A DNA stretch of 64,000 nt from Patescibacteria group bacterium (GCA_038064915.1 JBBTSB010000006.1:4864-68863); one strand, 5' to 3'. Positions 9,563-18,023 are shown, counted from the stretch's first letter. Made by a program: numbers and translations. Notes: generated by a model not told the origin, from the letters alone.

Positions 9563-10117
9563 TTAGGGCCGGAGAATTGCGTGAACGCGGTGAAACTTGT
9601 TGTTCACGAACTCGACGATTGCTGATTGCCCAGGAGCGACGTTGAAATCTGGCGAGCCGCGGTCACTTTGGCCCTTGGCAACCATGATGGTAACGCCGAG
9701 AATGCTCTGGTGCGTCACACACACGGCTGATTCCCGGTCTTGGAGAATGCGTGTAGAAACCGTGACCAGGAATTCAAGAGCAATCTCTCCGGCTACAACC
9801 GCCCGTTTCTGATCCGCCATGAAGAAATCATGAGCGGTGCCTTGGACCACGGGGTCTGCCCGCGAACCCAGGCGCTTAAACCTTCCGACCTGACACCTGC
9901 CCGGGCTCACAATTCCCCCGATCAGCTCCGCTGTCTGAAATGCCGATTGGTACTCGGAGCTGAAAAACCCTTGAACTTCTCCGGAGGTTTTCCATGTTCG
10001 AATCAGCTTGCCGGTCTGTTCGGCCATGGCTTCTCCAACGAAGGAGAGGGGCGAGGTTGGTTCAGCAGAAACAGCCTCCGCATGGGAGACGAGGTAGATA
10101 GTTGTTGTCTTTGGCAT
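9563..10117 (-). CDS. Histidine phosphatase superfamily protein (phosphoglycerate mutase/SixA-like), GC-rich
   Basis: Start taken at MPKTTTIYLVSHAE (an RBS-like AAGGACGG lies upstream). The SHAE motif sits in the position of the catalytic RHG. Confidence 0.55.
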   Translation of the reverse strand: MPKTTTIYLVSHAEAVSAEPTSPLSFVGEAMAEQTGKLIRTWKTSGEVQGFFSSEYQSAFQTAELIGGIVSPGRCQVGRFKRLGSRADPVVQGTAHDFFMADQKRAVVAGEIALEFLVTVSTRILQDRESAVCVTHQSILGVTIMVAKGQSDRGSPDFNVAPGQSAIVEFVNNKFHRVHAILRP

Positions 10118-10216
10118 GCCGTCCTTTCTCTCGACGTGTGAAAGTGCTGTCGCGTCTCGACTGTACCAAAAAACTGTGGTTTTGTAAACGTTCGTACTTT
10201 GTGATAAATTTCTTTT

Positions 10217-11773
10217 ATGACTAACCAAGTGAAAATCAGCAGCAATTGCAAACAACAATTTGAGATCACCTCTGATGATCTAATTTTTTATGAAAAAATG
10301 GCTGTGGCGGAGCCCGGATATTGTCCGCAATGCCGGATGCAAAGACGGCTTTTGCATCGCAATGAGCGTACGCTCTATCGGCGACCGTGCGACAAGTGTG
10401 GCAAAGATTCAGTGTCCATTTATCCGCCGGGTAAGTTTGTTGTCTACTGTAATCCTTGTTGGTGGGGGGATTCGTGGGATGGCAAAGACTCTGGGATTGA
10501 CTACGATCCCAATCGGCCGTTTTTTGAGCAATATATAGAATTGCAGTCAAAAGTCCCGCGTATCAATCTTTTGAGTATTACGAGCGTTAACTCGGAATAC
10601 ACGAACAACGCTGAAGACAACAAAAACTGCTATCTTATTTTTGCCGCGCAAAAAAACGAAGACTGTATGTACGGTCGGCTGGTCCAGCGTTGTAAGTCGG
10701 TGGTTGATACCGCATGGATTTATGACAGTGAGCTATGTTATGAATGTTTGGATGTTAGGAATTGCTACGGTTGTATGTACTGTGAGCGGTGTCAAACGAG
10801 CAAAGATTTATTGTTTTGCTTTGATGTGCGTGGCTCGCAAAACTGTATTCTCTCTACGAATTTGAGAAATAAAAACTACTATATAGAGAATAAGCAGTGT
10901 ACAAAAGAAGAATATGAAAAGAAAAAGAAAGAAATTTTGGCGGATATCGAATCTGCGAAAAAAAGATTCGAAGAGCTCAAGAGCCAGGCAATCGTGAAGT
11001 ATGCATTTCAAACCAAATGCGTAAACACGACAGGGGACTATCTCTACAACGTCCACAGCTCCCGCATGATGTTTGATACGGAAAACGCCAAAGATTGTGC
11101 CTATATGGCCGATGCCGAATCATCCGAAGATTGCATGGATGGCAACAACATGTATTATAAGCCCGAGAAGTGTCTCGACATGATGGGGGTTTTGCAAACA
11201 TCCAATTCTGCTTTCTGCACGTATGTATTTTATTGCCACGATGTTTTTTATTCCAATAGCCTCCAGAGCTGCGAAAATTGTTTTGGTTGTATTGGTTTGA
11301 AAAAAGCTAGCTATTGTATTTTAAATAAGCAATATACAAAAGAGGAATATGAGAAACTGCGAGAAACAATAATTTCAAACATGTCTGAATATGGAGACTT
11401 TTTGCCGCCTGAAACTTCACCGTTTAAATACAACGAAACACTTGCAAAGGATTATTTTCCAGATCCGGCAGCCGAAGAAATAAAGACTGGAACCTATGGC
11501 AAAGAGAATGGCAAGGATGTATTTGCGTGCGTGGACTGCAAAAAGAATTTTAAAATCACACCCAACGAGTTTGCTTTTTATGAACGCATGGGGCTACCAT
11601 TGCCGCTCAAAGACTTTGAATGCCGTATGCAGGATCGTCTTCGTAAACGCACACCCCGCAAACTCTGGCATCGCAACTGCATGAAGTGTGACAAAGATAT
11701 CGAAACGACCTACGCACCCGATCGTAAAGAAACGGTATATTGTGAGGCCTGCTACCAGGCGGAAGTCTCGTAA
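10217..11773 (+). CDS. Cysteine-rich protein built from internal duplications (terminal zinc-ribbon-like modules flanking two Cys-rich repeats)
   Basis: 518 aa. N-terminal module FYEKM..CPQCRMQRRL..CDKCGKD..VYCNPCWW mirrors the C-terminal module FYERM..ECRMQDRL..CMKCDKD..VYCEACYQ. Two central ~125-aa repeats each end in ..NC.GC...YCI.NKQ.TKEEYEK. Confidence 0.5.
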   Translation: MTNQVKISSNCKQQFEITSDDLIFYEKMAVAEPGYCPQCRMQRRLLHRNERTLYRRPCDKCGKDSVSIYPPGKFVVYCNPCWWGDSWDGKDSGIDYDPNRPFFEQYIELQSKVPRINLLSITSVNSEYTNNAEDNKNCYLIFAAQKNEDCMYGRLVQRCKSVVDTAWIYDSELCYECLDVRNCYGCMYCERCQTSKDLLFCFDVRGSQNCILSTNLRNKNYYIENKQCTKEEYEKKKKEILADIESAKKRFEELKSQAIVKYAFQTKCVNTTGDYLYNVHSSRMMFDTENAKDCAYMADAESSEDCMDGNNMYYKPEKCLDMMGVLQTSNSAFCTYVFYCHDVFYSNSLQSCENCFGCIGLKKASYCILNKQYTKEEYEKLRETIISNMSEYGDFLPPETSPFKYNETLAKDYFPDPAAEEIKTGTYGKENGKDVFACVDCKKNFKITPNEFAFYERMGLPLPLKDFECRMQDRLRKRTPRKLWHRNCMKCDKDIETTYAPDRKETVYCEACYQAEVS

Positions 11774-11847
11774 CTTGTAAGACTCTTAAACTCGTGGTAT
11801 AGTATCAACTATATCGTCCTGGAAAACGGGGCGAAGGAGGAATAAAG

Positions 11848-12066
11848 ATGAAGAGCGAACCCGAAGTCCGGGCGATGCTGACCAAGGCCCGGAAACGTTT
11901 GGAAGTGGGTGATGTCGGTTCGGGCAAGAACGATGCGGTCTGGACCGAGGCCAATGTTCTTCGAGATGTCCTCGGCTGGCGGGCCCTACCTACGTTCACT
12001 GATCCGTGTCTGGTCGACCAGCCGGACGCGCGAGATGACTCCCGCCCCAACGACCAGCGCGAGTAG
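11848..12066 (+). CDS. Small hypothetical protein in a GC-rich island; C-terminus DDSRPNDQRE is encoded by direct repeat 1
   Basis: 72 aa. Canonical RBS GAAGGAGGAATAAAG then ATG. Confidence 0.3.
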   Translation: MKSEPEVRAMLTKARKRLEVGDVGSGKNDAVWTEANVLRDVLGWRALPTFTDPCLVDQPDARDDSRPNDQRE

Positions 12067-12069
12067 CGG
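12034..12069. repeat. 36-bp direct repeat, copy 1 (GATGACTCCCGCCCCAACGACCAGCGCGAGTAGCGG)
   Basis: 35/36 identical to 12685..12720. Each copy supplies the last 10 codons and the stop of a small ORF. Confidence 0.7.
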
Positions 12070-12076
12070 AGGTACA

Positions 12077-12469
12077 GTGAAAACGCACAAAAAGTCTCCC
12101 ATTCGTCGTTACGTGCAGGACGCGGGGAAGCTCGAAGAGCTAGAGCGGGATCTTCAAAGAGTCGAAGATCCCGCGACTCCTGAAGAGGACCGGAATCGCA
12201 TCCTCTCGAAGTTCCAAGAGATCTTCGAGATCGAAGCGTTCACGTTCAAGCGGGTTGCCGAACTCGCTCGCGAGGCGATCGCAACCTCGCGCCGCCGAAT
12301 GCTCCTCCTGCAACTTGTGGAGGGAATGGATGTGATCATTCGAGGGGTGAGCAGGCCGGTTCGGGTACTCGCCCTCGATCGCCACAAGGGTTTGCTCCTG
12401 GTGAAGCGTCCAGGTAAGCTAACCTGGGTCTCACCCGAAGAAATCAACAACATCATTCTCACGAGTTAG
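12077..12469 (+). CDS. Hypothetical protein between the two direct repeats; putative GTG start
   Basis: 131 aa. GGAGG lies 4 nt upstream of the GTG. GC-rich. Confidence 0.3.
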   Translation: MKTHKKSPIRRYVQDAGKLEELERDLQRVEDPATPEEDRNRILSKFQEIFEIEAFTFKRVAELAREAIATSRRRMLLLQLVEGMDVIIRGVSRPVRVLALDRHKGLLLVKRPGKLTWVSPEEINNIILTS

Positions 12470-12477
12470 GAGGGCCA

Positions 12478-12717
12478 ATGGCAGCGAAACCGAACGCGAT
12501 ATTCGGGCTCATCGAGCGGGCAGGGACGCCCCTCGAGCTCAAGAACATCAACCTCTATTTCTTGCAGGGCGACTGGAGCCTTGGTGATAGCGCCCTGATC
12601 TTCGAGGCGATCGAAAGAAGGGCACGTGAACTCCACGTGGAGGTCACGGAGTTCGTTCCTCCTCCGGAAGTCCGGAGCAGGGGTGATGACTCCCGCCCCA
12701 ACGACCAACGCGAGTAG
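12478..12717 (+). CDS. Small hypothetical protein in a GC-rich island; C-terminus DDSRPNDQRE is encoded by direct repeat 2
   Basis: 79 aa. RBS GGAGGG then ATG. Confidence 0.3.
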   Translation: MAAKPNAIFGLIERAGTPLELKNINLYFLQGDWSLGDSALIFEAIERRARELHVEVTEFVPPPEVRSRGDDSRPNDQRE

Positions 12718-12720
12718 CGG
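12685..12720. repeat. 36-bp direct repeat, copy 2
   Basis: See 12034..12069. Confidence 0.7.
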
Positions 12721-12849
12721 TCTGCCCCGCGCGGACCGCGCAGCACTAACAGAGACGGAGGTGCGGCGGCGCTAACCACGCGTTGCCCCCTCCGGTCATC
12801 AAACTCAACCCCAAGAAGGGGATTTTTATTTTCTATCGCCCACCTTACA

Positions 12850-12877
12850 CCCTCCCTCTTACCGATAAGAGGGAGGG
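12850..12877. repeat. GC-rich palindromic hairpin element, class 1 (CCCTCCCTCTTA-CCGA-TAAGAGGGAGGG)
   Basis: Perfect 12-bp stem with a 4-nt loop. Shares the 20-bp core CCCTCTTACCGATAAGAGGG with the reverse complement of 30902..30925. Flanked by inverted repeat CCTTACACCC / GGGTGTAAGG. Confidence 0.7.
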
Positions 12878-12892
12878 ACGGGGAGGGAGATA

Positions 12893-12996
12893 GTGGATAA
12901 CTGCCCCTTGCTCGGGTGTAAGGCAGTGGTGTATGATGGTCGAGTGGTGGTGAGAAGTGGATAGAAGTGGGGATAACCACCCCAATCTGTGGATAT
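12893..12996. promoter_or_regulatory. Cluster of DnaA-box-like 9-mers, all in one orientation, followed by an AT-rich stretch upstream of mraZ
   Basis: Three 9-mers each 8/9 against the TGTGGATAA consensus: GTGGATAAC at 12893..12901, TGGGGATAA inside TGGGGATAAC at 12969..12978, TGTGGATAT at 12988..12996. AT-rich TTTTATAAGTAAAAAATAG follows. Confidence 0.3.
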
Positions 12997-13063
12997 GTAC
13001 GAGCAAACAGCTGACCGGACCTGTTCTTTTATAAGTAAAAAATAGTTGGCTGTTTGCTCATAC

Positions 13064-13498
13064 ATGCTCATAGGGGAATACAAACATACGTTGGATCCCA
13101 AGAAACGCTTAGCTGTCCCCGCTAAATTGCGCAAAGAAGTGGGTGAGCGGGCGGTCCTTACGCGTGGATTGGAAAACTGTTTATTTCTTTTTTCTATGAA
13201 AGAGTGGGAAGTTTTGGCGGAGAAGATTAGTCAGTTGCCCATGGGTCAGAAGGATTCTCGTGGATTTGCACGATTGTTGCTTTCTGGAGCCAGTGAAGTC
13301 GAGTTGGATCAGTTGGGCAGGGTGTTAGTGCCGGACTATCTACGAGATTACGCAGGGCTCCAAAAAACAGTGATTGTGGCAGGAGTGGGGAAGAGGTTAG
13401 AAATATGGGATGAAGCAAAATGGAATGTGTATAAGCAGAAATTGGAAAGTGACGGAGATGCCATAGCAGAAAAGTTAGGTGAGATTGGCATGATCTGA
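13064..13498 (+). CDS. mraZ: Transcriptional regulator MraZ
   Basis: Start taken at MLIGEYKHTLDPKKRL. Two MraZ-type repeats. Heads the dcw cluster. Confidence 0.8.
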   Translation: MLIGEYKHTLDPKKRLAVPAKLRKEVGERAVLTRGLENCLFLFSMKEWEVLAEKISQLPMGQKDSRGFARLLLSGASEVELDQLGRVLVPDYLRDYAGLQKTVIVAGVGKRLEIWDEAKWNVYKQKLESDGDAIAEKLGEIGMI

Positions 13499-14265
13499 TG
13501 CATACGCCGGTTCTTTTAAAAGAGGTGCTTGAAATATTCAAACCGGAGCCCGGTAAAGTGTTTGTAGATGGCACCGCCAATGGTGGTGGCCACACAAACG
13601 CCTTGCGTGCGGCTGGAGCGCGTGTCATTGCCATTGAACTTGACCCTGATCTGGCAAAAGAGATTGGTGCAATTCATGGCAATTATGCTGATATTGCAAC
13701 GTTGGTCCATGAGCAAGTTGACGGTGTTCTCTTGGATCTAGGTTTTTCATCACAACAGCTTGAGTCCGGTCGTGGGTTCAGTTTTAAAAAAGATGAACCA
13801 CTTGATATGCGATACAACTACGAAGAAGGTGAGACTGCGGCGGACATTTTAAATACACGATCAGAAGAAGAAATTGCAGGGATTTTGAAGGAATATGGAG
13901 ATGAGCGGTTTGATGGAAGAATTGCTAGTGCCATTGTGAAAGCCAGACCGTTGAGAACGACATATGACTTGGTAAATGCAATAGTTCGGGTAGTACCAAG
14001 AAGAGGAAGAATACATCCGGCTACCAGAACATTTCAAGCTTTGAGGATCGCCGTAAATCATGAGCTAGAGAATTTGCAAAAAGGATTGGAGGGCGCATTG
14101 AAGATCGCGCCACTGGTAGCAGTGATCACATTTCATAGTTTGGAAGATAGGATAGTAAAAAAATACACAAAAAAGAAAATAAAGCCGAGTTGGGAAGAGA
14201 TTAAACAAAATAGAAGAGCACGAAGCGCAAAATTACGGGTTGTTGAACGCACAACTCCCGCATAA
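13498..14265 (+). CDS. rsmH: 16S rRNA (cytosine1402-N4)-methyltransferase RsmH
   Basis: MHTPVLLKEVLE...FVDGTANGGGH...ITFHSLEDRIVK. Conserved order with mraZ. Confidence 0.85.
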   Translation: MHTPVLLKEVLEIFKPEPGKVFVDGTANGGGHTNALRAAGARVIAIELDPDLAKEIGAIHGNYADIATLVHEQVDGVLLDLGFSSQQLESGRGFSFKKDEPLDMRYNYEEGETAADILNTRSEEEIAGILKEYGDERFDGRIASAIVKARPLRTTYDLVNAIVRVVPRRGRIHPATRTFQALRIAVNHELENLQKGLEGALKIAPLVAVITFHSLEDRIVKKYTKKKIKPSWEEIKQNRRARSAKLRVVERTTPA

Positions 14266-14612
14266 TGACAGTGTATTCAGGAGTTTTAGATCACTCATTA
14301 CACATTAAAGAATCCGCTGTGTCACACTCTCCGTGGCTATTTAGACTCAACATAATGATCGTGGCAGGTTTGTTGTTGATGCTTGCATCGTATATTTTCA
14401 TCTCGAATCGACTCGTTTCACAGCGCTATATCCTCTCCCTTCAGCAACAAGAATTGCATTCCGTTGGTACCGATGTTGCAACTCAAGAAGAGCAGATCAC
14501 TCGTGGTCAGGATATGGAAAACTTGCTAGCATTAGTCAGTCAGCAAGGAATGATTGCCAATCACGATGGTCAAACACTCTTTATCACATCGAAAGTCGCT
14601 CGTCTCCCCTAA
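14265..14612 (+). CDS. FtsL-like cell division protein (positional call)
   Basis: 115 aa. Single TM segment IMIVAGLLLMLASYIFI. Located between rsmH and ftsI. Confidence 0.4.
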   Translation: MTVYSGVLDHSLHIKESAVSHSPWLFRLNIMIVAGLLLMLASYIFISNRLVSQRYILSLQQQELHSVGTDVATQEEQITRGQDMENLLALVSQQGMIANHDGQTLFITSKVARLP

Positions 14613-16041
14613 TCGCATACATGTTTTTGTTTTTGTTGGTTTTCTGGCAACCCTTGTAGTGGGATATCGGCTTTTCCGACTCACGTACATTGATCATGTA
14701 GTCTATGCTCAGTCTGCGCAACGCCAACAAGTCGCTCCTTCGGCTCGTCTTTTGGGAAGGGGTTCGGTCTTTGTCTTCGATCTTTCAGGTGGTGAAAAAA
14801 AATTAGTTGCGACCAATTCCGTGACCGAGCTAGACACAGAGCGGCTCTATCCAAAAGGAACATTTGCCGCTCATGTGCTGGGTTTTGTGGGGTATAACGA
14901 GCATGATCGAGTGGGACAGTATGGGGTGGAGGGATTTTACGACAGCGTACTCCGTGCTTCGGCATCAAACCAGAAAAATATTGGCAGTGACGTTGTACTT
15001 ACTATTGATCCGAATATTCAGGCATACAGTGAGGCAACGTTACAGGCACTATTAAAAAAATGGTCATCTCCTCGTGGTTCCATCATTGTGCAGGAACCTA
15101 CGACTGGTGCGATTTTAGCGATGACCTCGTCGCCAAGTTTTGACCCCAACCAATATGGACAATTTGCATTTGACGATTACGTCAATCCTATCGTTCAAGA
15201 GCAATTTGAGCCGGGGTCGTCGTTTAAGCCCGTTACCATGGCAGCCGCATTGGATTCAGGATCGATTACTCCTACTACGACGTACGACGACACAGGGGCG
15301 GTGACGATCGGGACGTACACGATCAAGAATTTTAATGAAAAAACGAATGGTTTGCAAACAATGAGACAAGTACTGGAAAAGTCACTCAATACCGGTACCA
15401 TCTTTGCTCAGCGTCGGACGGGAAATGATGCATTTCTTAACTACATCGTTGCTTTTGGATTTGGTCAAAAAACCGGTGTAGATCTTGCCGGTGAAGTTCC
15501 AGGCACGATCAGCAACCTCTACCAAGGACGCGCGATCAACTTTGCTACCGCATCATTTGGTCAGGGTATCGCCGTCACTCCTCTACAGCTCGTTAGTGCC
15601 TATTCCGCAATAGCAAACGGCGGAAGGCTCATGAAGCCCTATGTTGTTCGTGAGATCGTGCATGCCGATGGTAGCAGTACGATGACCAAGCCAAGCATCC
15701 TTGGTGCACCCATTTCAGAAAAAACATCAACGCAACTGCGTTCTATGCTTGTTGATGTTGTCGAAAAAGGCTTTGATAAAGCACGAATCAAGGGCTATGA
15801 TGTTGCAGGAAAAACGGGGACAGCACAAATTCCCAATAGAGAAGGCGGCTATCTTGAGGACGAACAATTCATCCACAACTTTGTCGGTTTTGCACCTGCT
15901 TATGCGCCACGATTTGTCATTCTGATCAAAATGGACAAGCCAAAAGGGATCACGTTTGCCTCTGATAGCTTATCACCGGTATTTGGCGATCTTGCTTCGT
16001 TTATTCTGCGATATCTCAAAGTACCACCCACACGCCAATGA
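14554..16041 (+). CDS. ftsI: Peptidoglycan D,D-transpeptidase FtsI / PBP2-family penicillin-binding protein
   Basis: SSFKP (SxxK), SLN (SxN) and GKTGTAQ (KTG) motifs. N-terminal TM. The start is uncertain and overlaps ftsL. Confidence 0.8.
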   Translation: MPITMVKHSLSHRKSLVSPNRIHVFVFVGFLATLVVGYRLFRLTYIDHVVYAQSAQRQQVAPSARLLGRGSVFVFDLSGGEKKLVATNSVTELDTERLYPKGTFAAHVLGFVGYNEHDRVGQYGVEGFYDSVLRASASNQKNIGSDVVLTIDPNIQAYSEATLQALLKKWSSPRGSIIVQEPTTGAILAMTSSPSFDPNQYGQFAFDDYVNPIVQEQFEPGSSFKPVTMAAALDSGSITPTTTYDDTGAVTIGTYTIKNFNEKTNGLQTMRQVLEKSLNTGTIFAQRRTGNDAFLNYIVAFGFGQKTGVDLAGEVPGTISNLYQGRAINFATASFGQGIAVTPLQLVSAYSAIANGGRLMKPYVVREIVHADGSSTMTKPSILGAPISEKTSTQLRSMLVDVVEKGFDKARIKGYDVAGKTGTAQIPNREGGYLEDEQFIHNFVGFAPAYAPRFVILIKMDKPKGITFASDSLSPVFGDLASFILRYLKVPPTRQ

Positions 16042-17195
16042 GAATTCTTCTCAAATTCATTCTTCGAATATTAGCTCAACGCACCCTTGCTCGCTACAAG
16101 CCGATCGTCATCGGTATTACGGGTTCTGTCGGAAAGACGACCGCAAAAGAAGCGATCTATGCTGTGCTCAATAAAAAGTTTTTTGTGTGGAAAAACGTCG
16201 AGAACTTCAACAACGAAATCGGTGTGCCGCTCGCCATCCTGGGTGTTGTGCCGATGACCAGGCATCACAGCAAGATTCGTTTCATTGGCCAATTGCTGGA
16301 AGCCTTCTGGAGCGCCTACGCAACAAAACGCAAGTGGTATCCACGCTACCTGGTCCTGGAGCTCGCTGCGGATCGGCCGGGGGATATTGAGTACCTTGTC
16401 CGCATGGTACGGCCTCACATAGCCGTTGTGACGGCGATCGGCGACGTACCCGTGCATGTGGAGCACTATGCGAGTCCGGAAGAGGTGGCCCGTGAAAAAG
16501 CTCACTTGCCCGCCTCTGCCACTCAGCTCACTGTTCTCAATGCCGATGATTCAATCGTGATCCGTATGAGGGACGTGACAAAAGCTCCTGTAACAACATT
16601 TGGTTTTTCCAAAGAGGCCATGTATCGCGGATCGGACATTTCGTTTTTTATGGAAGGGGAGCATGTGGGCGGGCTTTCGTTTCGTATCAATAAGGGCGAA
16701 AATTTTATGCCCATACGACTTCACCGGATGATCGCGGTGCATCAGATCTATGGTATTTTGGCGGCGACGGCCGTAGCACAGCACTTGGGAATGAATTTGA
16801 TCGATATTGCTGACGCCATTGCGTCTGTTGAACTGCCTCGCGGCCGCATGATGCTGATCCGAGGAAAAAACAACACCACGATCATCGACGACACCTACAA
16901 TGCTTCGCCGCTCTCTATGAAAGCGGCATTAGATACATTGAAACAGTTCCCGGGTATACGAAAAATCGCCTTGCTTGGGGAAATGGCCGAGTTGGGGCAC
17001 TTTACAGAACAGGAGCATAAAAAAGCAGATGCCTACTCAAAGGAGCGTGCCGACGTGGTGCTGTGGTGCAAGACATCCGATGAACTGTTGCAAAAACTGC
17101 AGGAGATCATCAAGGAAGGCGACGTTATCCTCGTGAAAGGCTCCCGAGCGGCAAAAATGGAGAAAATTGTTGATCTTTTGAAAGAAAAGCCGTAG
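16038..17195 (+). CDS. murF: UDP-N-acetylmuramoyl-tripeptide--D-alanyl-D-alanine ligase MurF
   Basis: GITGSVGKTT P-loop. MurF-typical IIDDTYNASPLS and LLGEMAELG motifs. dcw context. Confidence 0.75.
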   Translation: MRILLKFILRILAQRTLARYKPIVIGITGSVGKTTAKEAIYAVLNKKFFVWKNVENFNNEIGVPLAILGVVPMTRHHSKIRFIGQLLEAFWSAYATKRKWYPRYLVLELAADRPGDIEYLVRMVRPHIAVVTAIGDVPVHVEHYASPEEVAREKAHLPASATQLTVLNADDSIVIRMRDVTKAPVTTFGFSKEAMYRGSDISFFMEGEHVGGLSFRINKGENFMPIRLHRMIAVHQIYGILAATAVAQHLGMNLIDIADAIASVELPRGRMMLIRGKNNTTIIDDTYNASPLSMKAALDTLKQFPGIRKIALLGEMAELGHFTEQEHKKADAYSKERADVVLWCKTSDELLQKLQEIIKEGDVILVKGSRAAKMEKIVDLLKEKP

Positions 17196-17207
17196 GATTT
17201 AGTTGAT

Positions 17208-17279
17208 GGCGCCATCGTCTATCGGCTAGGACACATCCTTCTCAAGGATGGAAGCGGGGTTCGATTCCCCGTGGCGCTG
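17208..17279 (+). tRNA. tRNA-Glu (anticodon CTC)
   Basis: D-arm TCGTCTATCGGCTAGGACA closely resembles bacterial tRNA-Glu. Anticodon stem CATCC/GGATG with loop TTCTCAA. T-arm CGGGG TTCGATT CCCCG. Acceptor GGCGCCA/TGGCGCT carries a G1-U72 pair, which is why confidence is not higher. Confidence 0.6.
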
Positions 17280-17280
17280 C

Positions 17281-17493
17281 ATGACCAAACCAGAACAACC
17301 AAATATCCCATCTGAAGTTGAGGTATTGAGGGAGAAAGTTTATAAGGCTACTGAACGCCTATTGAATATTACTGGGGAGATTAAGAGCACCGAAGCAAAA
17401 CTGATCGCTTTACGAAAGGCGGAGACTCTCATAGCCGAACAACGCACACAACTTGAAAACCAACTCGACGAGCTTGAAAAAACAAAGCTCTAG
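17281..17493 (+). CDS. Small coiled-coil hypothetical protein
   Basis: 70 aa, starting at MTKPEQ after the tRNA. The longer ORF from 17248 overlaps the tRNA and is rejected. Confidence 0.35.
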   Translation: MTKPEQPNIPSEVEVLREKVYKATERLLNITGEIKSTEAKLIALRKAETLIAEQRTQLENQLDELEKTKL

Positions 17494-17525
17494 CTTTTTT
17501 TACGGCTTTATGCCATACTACAGGC

Positions 17526-17714
17526 ATGGAGCAAGAAGCTACAAAACTTCGACAGGCTATCCATGAAAAGGGCCGCCGACAGCTCATTTTAGGGCGAAGG
17601 GCGCAGGAGATCAAAAATCCCAAAGAACTGAAGGCGTTATTGAATGAACAGAAAGTGTTGGGAAGAGAAATTGTGGCGCTCAAGGCCGACATTGTGCGTA
17701 TAGAACAAGCATAA
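17526..17714 (+). CDS. Small coiled-coil hypothetical protein
   Basis: 62 aa. Heptad-like, K/E-rich. Confidence 0.35.
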   Translation: MEQEATKLRQAIHEKGRRQLILGRRAQEIKNPKELKALLNEQKVLGREIVALKADIVRIEQA

Positions 17715-17717
17715 ACC

Positions 17718-18023
17718 ATGACGTTTGCGGTCATAAAAACGGGAGGTAAGCAATATAAAGTCGCCCAAGGCGACAAGATTTTGGTTGAAAAGCTTGAGAC
17801 TCCGGTTGGGGAACAGGTGACATTTGACCAAGTGCTTATGACCGATGATCAAATTGGGACTCCACTGGTGAGCGGCGCTTCTGTTACCGGAAAGGTTCTC
17901 GATCAAGGCAAAGCCAAGAAAAAGATCGTCTTTAAATATTCGTCAAAAACTCGCTATAAAAAGAAAAAAGGCCACAGACAGCCATTTACCAAAGTAGAGA
18001 TACTCTCTATTTCCGGTGTTTGA
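17718..18023 (+). CDS. rplU: 50S ribosomal protein L21
   Basis: MTFAVIKTGGKQYKVAQGDKILVEKL is the canonical L21 N-terminus. Confidence 0.9.
   Translation: MTFAVIKTGGKQYKVAQGDKILVEKLETPVGEQVTFDQVLMTDDQIGTPLVSGASVTGKVLDQGKAKKKIVFKYSSKTRYKKKKGHRQPFTKVEILSISGV

Noticed and set aside
12555-12980. 141-aa minus-strand ORF across the GC-rich island
   Set aside because: Spans the palindromic hairpin, the terminator and both ends of plus-strand ORFs. It is an open frame produced by GC-rich sequence, not a gene.
17248-17280. Longer start for the 81-aa ORF (MEAGFDSPWRC...)
   Set aside because: The first 11 codons are the 3' half of tRNA-Glu translated. Start moved to ATG 17281.
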